Translations under genes and position numbers: made by a program | Part shown: piece after piece, positions 1-11,005 of the stretch | How the letters are laid out: every line of letters begins with the position of its first letter | Numbering within the stretch: position 1 is the stretch's first letter | From: Macrostomum lignano | Taxonomy: Eukaryota | Direction of reading: 5' to 3' | Length of the DNA: 64,000 nt | Assembly (NCBI GenBank): GCA_002269645.1 | Contig: NIVC01003150.1 | Span: forward strand, 52,377-116,376 | Notes under the pieces: model-generated | Told to the model about the DNA's origin: nothing | What the model saw: the letters and a program-made list of their open reading frames with translations, nothing else | Database searches by the model: none

Positions 1-445
1 TCTGACTGGCCGTTTTAAACCGTAGCTAATAATAAGACTGCTAAATAATAAATGTTTACATTTTACTATCCTTATCTGGTGCACTCAAGGATGCGTACAT
101 AGTGTTATACTCTAGCCGAAACTATAATCATATTTTGCACCTATAATCATTCATCTGCAAAAGCCAAATTTATCTTTTTGATTTTTGAGTTCTTTTGAGT
201 CTTTGAGTCTGTTTTGAGTTTTGAGTCTTTGAGTTAGTCCAATTTGAAGCTATATAATACAATAGATCAAATTGATACAATGGACGGTGGGGACAGTGGG
301 GCCATGGCCTCCACTTTTTAAAATGCGGGGAGGCCAGTAATGGTATCTGGCCCCTTCACATTTTAAAGGTAAAATGTAGACTTGTTTATTTTTGGTTTTT
401 GCTGCTTTAAATGAATGCATTTTGCAGAAGGGCGACAAAACATAG

Positions 446-1775
446 CGCCTGCAGCGCCAAAATAAGTGCCTACAGCGCTAAAATGAGTGCCTGCAGCGCC
501 AAAATAAGTGTTGCAGCGCTAAAATGAGTGCCTGTGGCGCTAAAATGAGTGCCTGCGGCGCTAAAATGAGTGCCTGCGGCGCTAAAATGAGTGCCTGTGG
601 CGCTAAAATGAGTGCCTGTGGCGCCAAAATGAGTTCCTGCAGCGCTAAAATGAGTGCCTGTGGCGCTAAAATGAGTGCCTGCAGCGCTAAAAATGAGTGC
701 CTGCAGTGCTAAAAATGAGTGCCTGTAGCGCTAAAAATGAGTGCCTGCAGCGCTAAAAATGAGTGCCTGTGGCGCTAAAATGAGTGCCTGTAGCGCTAAA
801 AATGAGTGCCTGCAGCGCTAAAAATGAGTGCATGTGGCGCTAAAATGAGTGCCTGCGGCGCTAAAATGAGTGCCTGCGGCGCTAAAATGAGTGCCTGTGG
901 CGCTAAAATGAGTGCCTGTGGCGCTAAAATGAGTGCCTGCAGCGCCAAAATAAGTGTTGCAGCGCTAAAATGAGTGCCTGTGGCGCTAAAATGAGTGCCT
1001 GCGGCGCTAAAATGAGTGCCTGCGGCGCTAAAATGAGTGCCTGTGGCGCTAAAATGAGTGCCTGTGGCGCCAAAATGAGTGCCTGCAGCGCTAAAATGAG
1101 TGCCTGTGGCGCTAAAATGAGTGCCTGCAGCGCTAAAATGAGTGCCTGCAGTGCTAAAAATGAGTGCCTGTAGCGCTAAAAATGAGTGCCTGCGGCGCTA
1201 AAATGAGTGCATGTGGCTCTAAAATGAGTGCCTGCGGCGCTAAAATGAGTGCCTGTGGCGCTAAAATGAGTGCCTGTGGCGCTAAAATGAGTGCCTGCGG
1301 CGCTAAAATGAGTGCCTGTGGCGCTAAAATGAGTGCCTGCGGCGCTAAAATGAGTGCCTGTGGCGCTAAAATGAGTGCCTGTGGCGCTAAAATGAGTGCC
1401 TGCAGCGCCAAAATAAGTGTTGCAGCGCTAAAATGAGTGCCTGTGGCGCTAAAATGAGTGCCTGCGGCGCTAAAATGAGTGCCTGTGGCGCTAAAATGAG
1501 TGCCTGTAGCGCTAAAAATGAGTGCCTGCAGCGCTAAAAATGAGTGCATGTGGCGCTAAAATGAGTGCCTGCGGCGCTAAAATGAGTGCCTGTGGCGCTA
1601 AAATGAGTGCCTGCGGCGCTAAAATGAGTGCCTGTGGCGCTAAAATGAGTGCCTGCGGCGCTAAAATGAGTGCCTGTGGCGCTAAAATGAGTGCCTGTGG
1701 CGCTAAAATGAGTGCCTGTGGCGCTAAAATGAGTGCCTGTGGCGCTAAAATGAGTGCCTGCGGCGCTAAAATGAA
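446..1775 (+). repeat. 21-bp minisatellite (AAAATGAGTGCCTGYGGCGCT)n
   Basis: About 60 near-identical tandem units; explains the MSACGAK / APQALIL ORFs. Confidence 0.97.
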
Positions 1776-1845
1776 TGCTGACAAGACGGATTCTAAAAAT
1801 AATCGGTACATGATAATGTGCATTTTCCATATATGAAAATCTTAC

Positions 1846-1955
1846 TCGATGGAGGCGTGCGCGCGCGGCGCCCCCTGTGCGTCCCCCCCCCTAAATCCGC
1901 CACTGAACCTGCCTCCCCCCCACTTTTTGAAACGTTCCTACGCCTATGGAAAGCC
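1846..1955. mobile_element. MITE-like terminal sequences
   Basis: CCCCCCCCTAAATCCGCCACTG and CCCCCCCACTTTTTGAAACGTTCCTACGCCTATG resemble G/C-tract ends of non-autonomous DNA transposons; partner ends not identified. Confidence 0.35.
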
Positions 1956-2345
1956 AGATGTGTTTTCCTAAAAAAATAGTAGTAACACGGAGGCATGATA
2001 AAAATTGCACCTACAAAGTGCTTAATTTATTGCGTGCCCGCTTTTACCTTTGCAGCCAGCTGTAACAAAAGTAGTCTCCATCGTGCGCTCTTGGTGTAAT
2101 GGTGTTCGATCGGCAGCTGTTTTTTTAAAGGCACGACAATGGCTAATGGCCAAGAACATAAATTTATAGCTTTATTGCTCTTAGGGAAATTCGACTAAAC
2201 AGGCTTAAATTTTTAATATGGTCCCTGTTGTTTACAGTCCATTCCTTTTACTAGATAATGCCATTTTCACGTGCCCTCCTGTCTCCGGGCCTTTAATTGG
2301 TAATGGAAGTAGATAGAGAATTTTACCTGAACTTTATGGGGGGGT

Positions 2346-3066
2346 TTCACAAACTCGAAATTTCACAACGTCGAAAGCACCTTCTTTCACAAGGTCGAAA
2401 TTTCACAAGGTCGAAATTTCATAACATCGAAAACTCAAATAGCAGCCACTTTCACAAGGTCGAAACTTCACAAGGTCGAAATTTCACAACATCGAAAACT
2501 TTAGCAAAAGACTTCATAAGGTCGAAAATTCACAAGGTCGAAATTTCACAACATCGAAAACTCGAAAAGCAGCCACTTTCATAAGGTAGAAATTTCACAA
2601 GGTCGAAACTTCACAACATCGAAAACTTTAGCAAGAGACTTCATAAGGTCGAAAATTCACAAGGTCGAAATTTCACAACATCGAAAACTCGAAAAGCAGC
2701 CACTTTCATAAGGTAGAAATTTCACAAGGTCGAAATTTCACAACATCGAAAACTTTAGCAAGAGACTTCATAAGGTCGAAATTTCATAAGGTCGAAATTT
2801 CACAACGTAGAAAACTACTGTATGGTTCTTGATAGATAAAATTTTCGACTTTGTGAAATTTCGAGCTTATGAAGTTTCGACCTTGTGAAAGTGGCTGCAC
2901 TTGAGTTTTCAATGTTATGAAATTTCGACCTTGTGAAATTTCGACCTTATGAAATCTCTTGCTAGATTTTTCGATGTTGTGAAATTTCGACCTTGTGAAG
3001 TTTCGACCTTGTGAAAGTGGCTGCTATTTGAGTTTTCGATGTTGTGAAATTTCGACCTTGTGAAAG
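2346..3066. mobile_element. Foldback-like element built from inverted tandem arrays
   Basis: About 2346-2812 repeats TTTCACAAGGTCGAAA, with a 127-bp higher-order period (AGCAGCC at 2441, 2568, 2695). About 2843-3066 repeats the reverse complement TTTCGACCTTGTGAAA. Spacer about 30 bp. Confidence 0.7.
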
Positions 3067-3134
3067 CACCCCAACTTTATGAGCGAGAGCCTGCATGGTT
3101 AGCAAATTAGCAAATTGTATGTTGTTGCTCCCAG

Positions 3135-6100
3135 AAAACTTGGGGAGAAGTGGCCGAGACTGCTCCAACCCGAACTCAACCCGAAACCTGCAGGCTACAA
3201 AGTCGAGGGCCTGTTTCGCAAAACGGGTCACTGCGCCCGTCAGAAAGCGCTTCATCAACAGCTGACCGCAGGCGCAACGGCGGCAGCCCCCCCGCTGCGG
3301 TGCTCCACCGCCCGCACCCAGCCCGATGTCGGAATTCCCGACAGCACGACCGTGCACGACGCAGCCAACGTGCTCAAAATGTTGCTCCGCGGCGGCGACG
3401 GTCAGGCGAGCATTTTAAATCAAAGACTGGTGGATGTACTTTTGGCGATTGAAGGTACGCATTCGAAACATATTAATCTAGATTTTCACTGAGAATATGA
3501 GATTAATCTGATTCATTAAGATTAGTGAGATTATGGGGGCCCAATTTAGGCCAAGCAAATGCTATATAAAGAGGGCAACGTCTCCAAACGTTACCTATAG
3601 TCTCCTGAGAGAAAATGGGGGTTGGGAGGCCACAAGCTTCACACAGTCGGAAAGACTTAACTTGCCAGGAGTCTCGCCATTCTGTAGATTTTGACTATAT
3701 CCTCCGCCCCCGACTGCGACCCCAGCCTATACAGCCTTCCCTTCTTACGTAATCAATCAATTCGCAGAGCTAACCAGCGCCGAGTCGCTCTGCGGCCGCA
3801 CAGATTCCGAGCAGCAGCTGGCCCTCTGTAGGCAGCATCGCGCTCTTCGCCTGTTCCAACTGCTGCTGCCGGAGACCAACGCGTCGGCTTTGTTGTCCGT
3901 CTTGCACCTGCTGAGCCTGGTGGCCTCCTGCCCGGAGACTCGGATGAGCGTCGGCAGTCTGGGCACGGTCTTCGGACCAGTGCTGCTCGGCGGCGGCGTC
4001 GGACAGGTGGGCTTGGACTCATGTGGGTTGGGTTTCAGCGAATTTTAATTGGTGTCAGTGACGTCTAATTTGGGTGTCAGCGACATCTAATTTGAGTGTC
4101 AGCGACATCTAATTTGGGTGTCAGCGACGTCTAATTTGGGTGTCAGCGACGTCTAATTTGGGTGTCAGCAACGTCTAATTTGGGTGTCAGCAACGTCTAA
4201 TTTGGGTGTCAGCAACGTCTAATTTGGGTGTCAGCGACGTCTAATTTGGGTGTCAGCGACGTCTAATTTGGGTGTCAGCAACGTCTAATTTGGGTGTCAG
4301 CGACGTCTAACTTTAGCTGTCAGCAATTCTATTTGGGTGTCAGGGGTGCCAAAAACATTCCTTCTTGAACATGTCAATTGTTACTTACACAATTTTTACT
4401 TAAATTTAATAGGATCAAGCGGGGTTTCATTCTCTGCGGAAGGTTGAGCACCTGAACAGGGCTGTCTCACTGCTCATCTCAAATTGCTCGCTGCTTAGCC
4501 AGGTAAGCTATAGGGTGATTTCATTTTGGGAAGTTAAAGCCGCTGCTGTTAACGAAGCTTTATGTCCTTCGTCAGTTTATACTAATCAGGGATTTATGAA
4601 ATTGATGGCTGCAAAACCAACGAGTTATATAACGAGCTACTTGCCAAAACTAGCGCCTCCGGTGCTGGCGCCTCCGGTGCTGGCGCCTCCGGTGCTGGCG
4701 CCTCCGGTGCTGGCGCCTCCGGTGCTGGCGCCTCCGGTGCTTGCGCCTCCGGTGCTGGCGCCTCCGGTGCTGGCGCCTCCGGTGCTGGCGCCTCCGGTGC
4801 TGGCGCCTCCGGTGCTGGCGCCTCCGGTGCTGGCGCCTCCGGTGCTGGCGCCTCCGGTGCTGGCGCCTCCGGTGCTGGCGCCTCCGGTGCTGGCGCCTCC
4901 GGTGCTGGCGCCTCCGGTGCTGGCGCCTCCGGTGCTGGCGCCTCCGGTGCTGGCGCCTCCGGTGCTGGCGCCTCCGGTGCTGGCGCCTCCGGTGCTGGCG
5001 CCTCCGGTGCTGGCGCCTCCAATGGCTCACATATCAGCGAGTTGCGAAATGCCAAGCATATAGCTATTGAATTGTGCACCATGCTCGCAATGCAGGTGCC
5101 CCGCACCTTCGCGGAGGAGGTGGCTGGCCAATGGTCGGCTCTGCTGCTGCTAGTGCCGGATTCAGCTGGGTCTCCGATCCGATTTACTCGTCCGGCCGAG
5201 CCGGCGGTGGCTGCGGCTGTCAAAGCCGGCGACGATCCAACCGCCGAACTGTGCGCCCACATCCGCCGGATGCCGGAGTCGCGACGGAAGCGCCAGCTGG
5301 AGAAGCGGCTGGCTGAGCAGGAGAAGCTGACCGGATTGTCGCTGGGGCGGCAGAAGCAGCGCCAGGAGCCGCATCGCTCTCTGCAGAAGAGGCTGCGTTT
5401 GAGAAGCTGCACTCGACTTGTCACTCCTGCTGCTGACGCCGCCTGCCAGGGGACAGCGGAGGAGGATAGTGTAAGTGACAGTGTCAGAAGATCGGGTGAG
5501 TGACAGTGCCAGAAGACAGAGTGACAGTGCCAGAAGACAGAGTGACAGTGTCAGAAGATGGAGTGACAGTGTCAGAAGACAGAGTGACAGTGTCAGAAGA
5601 CAGAGTGACAGTGTCAGAAGACAGAGTGACAGTGTCAGAAGACAGAGTGACAGTGTCAGAAGACAGAGTGACAGTGTCAGAAGACAGAGTGACAGTGCCA
5701 GAAGACAGAGTGACAGTGCCAGAAGACAGAGTGAGAGTGCCAGAAGATGGAGTGACAGTGTCAGAAGACAGAGTGACAGTGTCAGAAGATGGAGTGACAG
5801 TGTCAGAAGACAGAGTGACAGTGTCAGAAGACAGAGTGACAGTGTCAGAAGACAGAGTGACAGTGTCAGAAGACAGAGTGACAGTGCCAGAAGACAGAGT
5901 GACAGTGCCAGAAGACAGAGTGACAGTGTCAGAAGATGGAGTGACAGTGTCAGAAGACAGAGTGACAGTGTCAGAAGACAGAGTGACAGTGTCACAAGAC
6001 AGAGTGACAGTGTCACAAGACGGAGTGACAGTGTCAGAAACTGGGGCACTGCCAAACCCGTATAAGCATTATAATTGGCCATCGCTGGTCCCCTGGATGC

Positions 6101-6314
6101 CCTTCAGCTGCAGATTCGCCAGCCGCAGTCCCGACGGCTGTGCCGCAGCGACAGCGGCTCCAATACCCGACCCAGCGGCGCTTATCGGTCGCTAAGCAAC
6201 AGTTTCGGTAGCGGCGCCGATTCGAAAAGTTGTAGCTCGCGATCCGGCGGCGCCGTTGCTAATGACAGCAAAATTGCGGCGGCGAAATTGCCTTTCCGAC
6301 AAACAGCACTTTGA
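3135..6314 (+). CDS. ARHGAP19: RhoGAP-domain protein, ARHGAP19-like (5' end not found)
   Basis: Exons 3135-3454, 3768-4006, 4413-4502, 5096-5470, 6108-6314, all AG/GT with matching phases. RhoGAP motifs VEGLFRKTG, HDAANVLKMLLR and LLLPETN..RMSVGSLGTVFGP. TAELCAHIRRMPESRRKRQL resembles the ARHGAP19 C-terminal motif. Confidence 0.85.
4052..4330 (+). repeat. 22-bp intronic minisatellite (GGGTGTCAGCGACGTCTAATTT)n
   Basis: About 12 tandem units in a RhoGAP intron. Confidence 0.95.
4652..5020 (+). repeat. 15-bp intronic minisatellite (GCGCCTCCGGTGCTG)n
   Basis: About 24 almost perfect units between exons 4413-4502 and 5096-5470. Confidence 0.97.
5475..6040 (+). repeat. 21-bp intronic minisatellite (GTGACAGTGTCAGAAGACAGA)n
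   Basis: About 27 units, starting 4 nt after the GTAAGT donor at 5471. Confidence 0.96.
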
Positions 6315-6673
6315 TGATAAACTAGCTACGACAGCCGTTTCCACTGCGTGTATAAGTTTATATTGTTTTGTAGCAATCTCGTTTACTTCTGCTTTTAAAT
6401 GCCTGTAAATATGCTAAGTTACATATGTAGATAATGCGGAAAAATATTTAAGTTTTTATAGTGTTAGCGACAATATGAAATTTGATTCAACAATTAAGTA
6501 TGCGTAAATATTGATGTTATATTTTGCACCGTTATTTGGGAACAATAATATAATAATAATTGGTTACAAAAATATAATTTTTATTAATAAAGTTAACGAT
6601 TTGTAAACTAACTAATTTAGCTAGCAAAATTAGTTCTCATCCCTGTATGCTTCCTTCGTTGGAGCCTGAATAA

Positions 6674-6803
6674 TCTGTCTGTCTGTCTGTCTGCCTGTCT
6701 GTCTGTCTGTCTGCCTGTCTGCCTGCCTGTCTGTCTGTCTGTCTGTCTGCCTGTCTGCCTGCCTGTCTGCCTGTCTGTCTGTCTGTCTGTCTGTCAGTCA
6801 TAG

Positions 6804-6890
<87 letters not shown>
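6674..6890 (+). repeat. (TCTG)n microsatellite
   Basis: Direct reading. Confidence 0.97.
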
Positions 6891-8165
6891 ATATCTGTCG
6901 CTCAGACAGATAGGCACACTGCTCTGTCCAGAAGGGTGGAAGGTTTTTTGCATGCACAAATTCAGATTCTGTGCCAAATTCTCACGATGTGAAATTCCAT
7001 GCTTGTGAAAGCGCTCCGCCCCAATGCAAGAGATGAGTTGTCCGCAATGTCTGGCAACCTTCTCGCGATTCTCTTTGCTCCCCTTCTCTCGTGTCCAGTT
7101 CTCATGATTCCTATATATTTGGCCTCGATTCTATTACGAGTCGACCAAGTCAACAAACAACTATTCCTAAATTATTAATTATGTCGCATGCGAACTTCTT
7201 GCCTTGAATATTGCCTTCCCGTCTCAGTCTTTGTTTCTACTATATCCTAAGTCTTTGTTTCTATGCATACAAAGACTTGGAAATCGGTACGCTCGTATTG
7301 AATCCTTGGCGGAACAGCTGACAGGACAGGACAGGACCACATTAGAAGCGCTTTCTATAAGTTACTCGAGATAAGACTGATGATTACTTACCTAGTCTAC
7401 AGAGCATAAGGGAGTAGTATCTGAGAAAATGGATAATTTGTTTGAGTTCCCACCGTTAAGCGTCGAATAAGTCAGTCTATTTAGCAGCCCACTGTGGCGC
7501 TGCCAAGCTACAGAACAGACTGCTCAACTATAGCTATGTTTGACTTCATTTCATAACCTTTACAGTTTATGGCAGATTTTGGCAATCGTCCAAGTTTTAA
7601 TTTTCCCATTTAACTGGCTATTAACGAGCTAAAATATTATTTATACGCTTCTATTCGAAATAATTCTTGCTAAATTAGCAAGCTAAAGCTATAAACTATA
7701 ACGAGTATGACTCACTGTCTCAAGCCTCTCTTGTTCTGAGCTAATACCAAGGAGTCCTATTGGCTAATATATATAGAACAGGATAAACAGTTTGTCGAGT
7801 TTGGGAAAACAGCGTTTGGGAAGGGGGGTAACCGAATTATTTTGGACATCAGACATGACAAAAGTTCCGTTTTTAGACTGGGTGGTCTTCAAAAACAACT
7901 TGTATACTCTTAAGTTATATGAATCAGTTTTGCATTTGAAGGGCTTCTATATATGTGCCAGTCTGCTTGCTTATTATTTAAATATGCTGTGTCCGTTGTA
8001 TGTAAAGTTCTCTTCCTGCTATATATATCGGAAATTAATAACACTGTTTTTGTGCTTCGATTGTAAATTGAATAAAGAATATAATCCGCAGTGCAGTCAG
8101 GGGCGTCACCGCCAAGGATGGGAAATGCTTTGTGCGACCCGTTAATCAACCATTTTTGTCTCCGA

Positions 8166-8715
8166 GCGCCAAAATATAGCACCGGGGCCAAAATGAGTGC
8201 CTGCGGCGCCAAAATGAGTGTCTGCGGCGCTAAAATGAGTGCCTGCGGCGCTAAAATGAGTGCATGCGGCGCCAAAATATAGCACCGGGGCCAAAATGAG
8301 TGCCTGCGGCGCCAAAATGAGTGTCTGCGGCGCTAAAATGAGTGCCTGCGGCGCTAAAATGAGTGCCTGCGGCGCTAAAATGAGTGCCTGCGGCGCTAAA
8401 ATGAGTGCCTGCGGCGCCAAAATGAGTGCCTGCGGCGCCAAAATGAGTGCATGCGGCGCTAAAATGAGTGCCTGCTGCGCCAAAATGAGTGCCTGCGGTG
8501 CTAAAATGAGTGCCTGCGGCGCTAAAATGAGTGCCTGCTGCGCCAAAATGAGTGCATGCGGCGCCAAAATGAGTGCATGCGGCGCCAAAATGAGTGTCTG
8601 CGGCGCAAAAATGAGTGTCTGCTGCGCCAAAATGAGTGCCTGCGGCGCCAAAATGAGTGTCTGCTGCGCCAAAATGAGTGTCTGCTGCGCCATAATGAGT
8701 GCCTGCAGCTCAAAA
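8166..8715 (+). repeat. Second array of the 21-bp AAAATGAGTGCCTGCGGCGC(C/T) minisatellite
   Basis: Same unit as 446-1775, with a similar downstream flank (GCTGACAA..GATTC..AAAATAAT). Confidence 0.96.
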
Positions 8716-9499
8716 ATGATTGCTGACAACACTGATTCCCAAAATAATGAAGGAATTTAATTGTCATTAAAAATTCTTGGCTTTATTGCCCCTATAGTCA
8801 TAATATCCATCGCATGACGACGCCTCTGGTTCCAGTTGTGCAATTGGTTTTAACCCAGCAATTCACTGGCTATAGCTATATATTAGTGTGTAATTAGGAC
8901 GAACACATTCCGTCAGATGCAAGTGTGATTGAGGAGATGAGTAGTGCATGATTTTGGTGCAGAGAACTGAAAAAAAAGCCCTATATCTACATCGCCCTAA
9001 ATCCTTTAAATCTGAACTGAAGGAAATTAGGTGGAATAAAATAAAGCTTCTTAATCTCTCGTTGCTAGGTTCCGCTTGCATGATTTCCTCAAGATTTGAT
9101 CTCCTCACTTTCTACTACTAAAGCTGATAATTGGTTGGTTTTTATTTGCAGCTTTACAAAACCACGGCAGCTATCTCACCCCACGTCAGCAACAATTAGG
9201 ATTAGAGCCTTATACCCTGTAGTTGCACAATCTTCGCGCCTTGATTTTAGCTTCGTATGCTTCGGTCTTAAGCCTCTTGCCATCTGTATGTGCGCCAGTC
9301 ATCAAAGGGAATGCTTTCAAATCAATTTTAAATAGAAAGCTAGGAGTGGCTTCAGTCAGAATTTTCCAGCAAATCGCCCATGCAATGGCCTTCCACCCTC
9401 CTCTGAGTCAGCAAGGGCCACTCTATATTTTCAAAAGCTCCTTTGGAATTCATGCACAATTTCCTTGTAGTACTACTGTTAAGACTAAGGAGCAAAACG

Positions 9500-10460
9500 A
9501 AAATAGAAATACAACAAACGCACATATTACCTAAACAGTGCACGAGGGTAAGATGCTCTTCCAGGAAGGTCTGCACCTCGGTGAGAATACCTCGGTTTTC
9601 CAAGCTGAAATTTGCGCCATTGAGCAGTGCGCCCAGCACCTGCTCCAGGTGAACATTAATAACTTCAATATTAACTTTTACACTGATAGCCAAGCCACTA
9701 TTAAGGCCTTAACCACCGAGAATATCTCCGCTGCTACAGTATCTTAATGCCACCGCAGTGTGCAATCTCTCTCAGTCCTTAACAGGATTAGAATTATCTG
9801 GACACCCGGTCACAGCAACATCCTGGGCAACGAACTCGCGGACTCTCTCGCCAAGAAGGGCAGCAACCCAGACGGCAATTAACCACCGTCTGATGAGGCT
9901 ACCCACTCCCAGGTCACAAGTCACCCACCATATCAACAGATGGCTCCACCAGCAACACCAGCTTCACTGGAACAGCTGCACCGACTACAGGCAGACCCGC
10001 TCTGCTATGCCTAATCTGAACAGGAAAGTATCTGATTATCTGATCTCGCTTAACAGAACCGACCTCAGGGAGATGTGCATGGTCCTGCCATGCATGGCTT
10101 CTTCCAGAGACATATATCTCGCTGCAAACCGGTTGCCCTCCCACCTGTCCTTTTTCATAGGAGGAGACCGCGGAGCATCACGTCACCTTCTGCCCCTTAC
10201 TTCAACAAGGGCGCAGCATAAATACCTCGGCCACCCCCAGCGGATGCATGGACGAGCTGACCACACCCCGGACAATATCCGTGACCTTCGCGCCTCGTCC
10301 GGGACTCCGGCCGGATGAGGGTCGCCGATGCCTCCACTGCGAACCTGCCGACTACTGGCGGGGACTGGGCGCACCCCCAGGGTTCATCCTTGTTGTGCTC
10401 TTACCTTGGGGTTGCGATAGGGGCTCCCCGTCAGTAGTAAGTACATGTAAGTACCCAAAC
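9500..10460 (+). mobile_element. 3' fragment of an RNase H-bearing non-LTR retrotransposon (I/R1-like), pseudogenised
   Basis: RNase H motifs [22 protein letters not shown] and [23 protein letters not shown] across an in-frame stop, followed by a degenerate Cys/His-rich region and a short TAAGTA tail. Confidence 0.8.
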
Positions 10461-10894
10461 AGTGTGTCAAAGATGATAACAATACGAAAATTGTTATAAA
10501 AATAAACCAAAGTAATCTAAAAATTAAAATTGCGCTAATTGTCTGCGTGAAATGAAGTTTAAAATTTTGTTAAGCCTTGCCATTTTTCAAACAACTTTTT
10601 AAATTTATGATAATGTTTTCTAAGATAGTACGTCGTATATTGCCAGCCAGCAATCTTTAAATTCGTGATTCGATATTTGATATTAACTGATATACCTGAT
10701 ATACTTATTTTAATCACTTACTGGATGAATTGCTCTCCATGAATTTCATACAGTATCTGTTTTATAATTCCTCATTTAAATACTTTTCGTTTCGTAGCCG
10801 TTAAAGATCGTTTGAAGATTCGTAGAAAAGTGTTAAGCCGCTCTTTCAAATTACTATACTTTTACAAAAAATCGGGTAGTGTAGCTCGCTTGGC

Positions 10895-11005
10895 GGCAAT
10901 CCTGAAGAATCCCGCGTTTAATTATTTTACGGAATTATTTCGCCCTCTATTCAAGGGTGGTGGGGGGTGGGGTTTAAATTAAACGCGGGAATCTTCAGGA
11001 TAACC
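10895..11005. mobile_element. 111-bp MITE with 29-bp TIRs and 8-bp TSD (Merlin-like)
   Basis: Left TIR GGCAATCCTGAAGAATCCCGCGTTTAATT; right TIR, reverse-complemented, GGTTATCCTGAAGATTCCCGCGTTTAATT. Flanked by CGCTTGGC at 10887-10894 and 11006-11013. Confidence 0.75.

Noticed and set aside
524-1836. MSACGAK / APQALIL ORFs (also 8142-8760)
   Set aside because: Translations of a stop-free 21-bp satellite on both strands
4515-6195. APPVL, APEAP, RRRQH and TVSEDRV repeat ORFs
   Set aside because: Intronic minisatellites bounded by splice sites of the RhoGAP gene
7377-7424. Box C (TGATGA) and box D (CTGA), possible snoRNA or hammerhead
   Set aside because: Only about 48 nt, no terminal stem and no correctly placed GAAA
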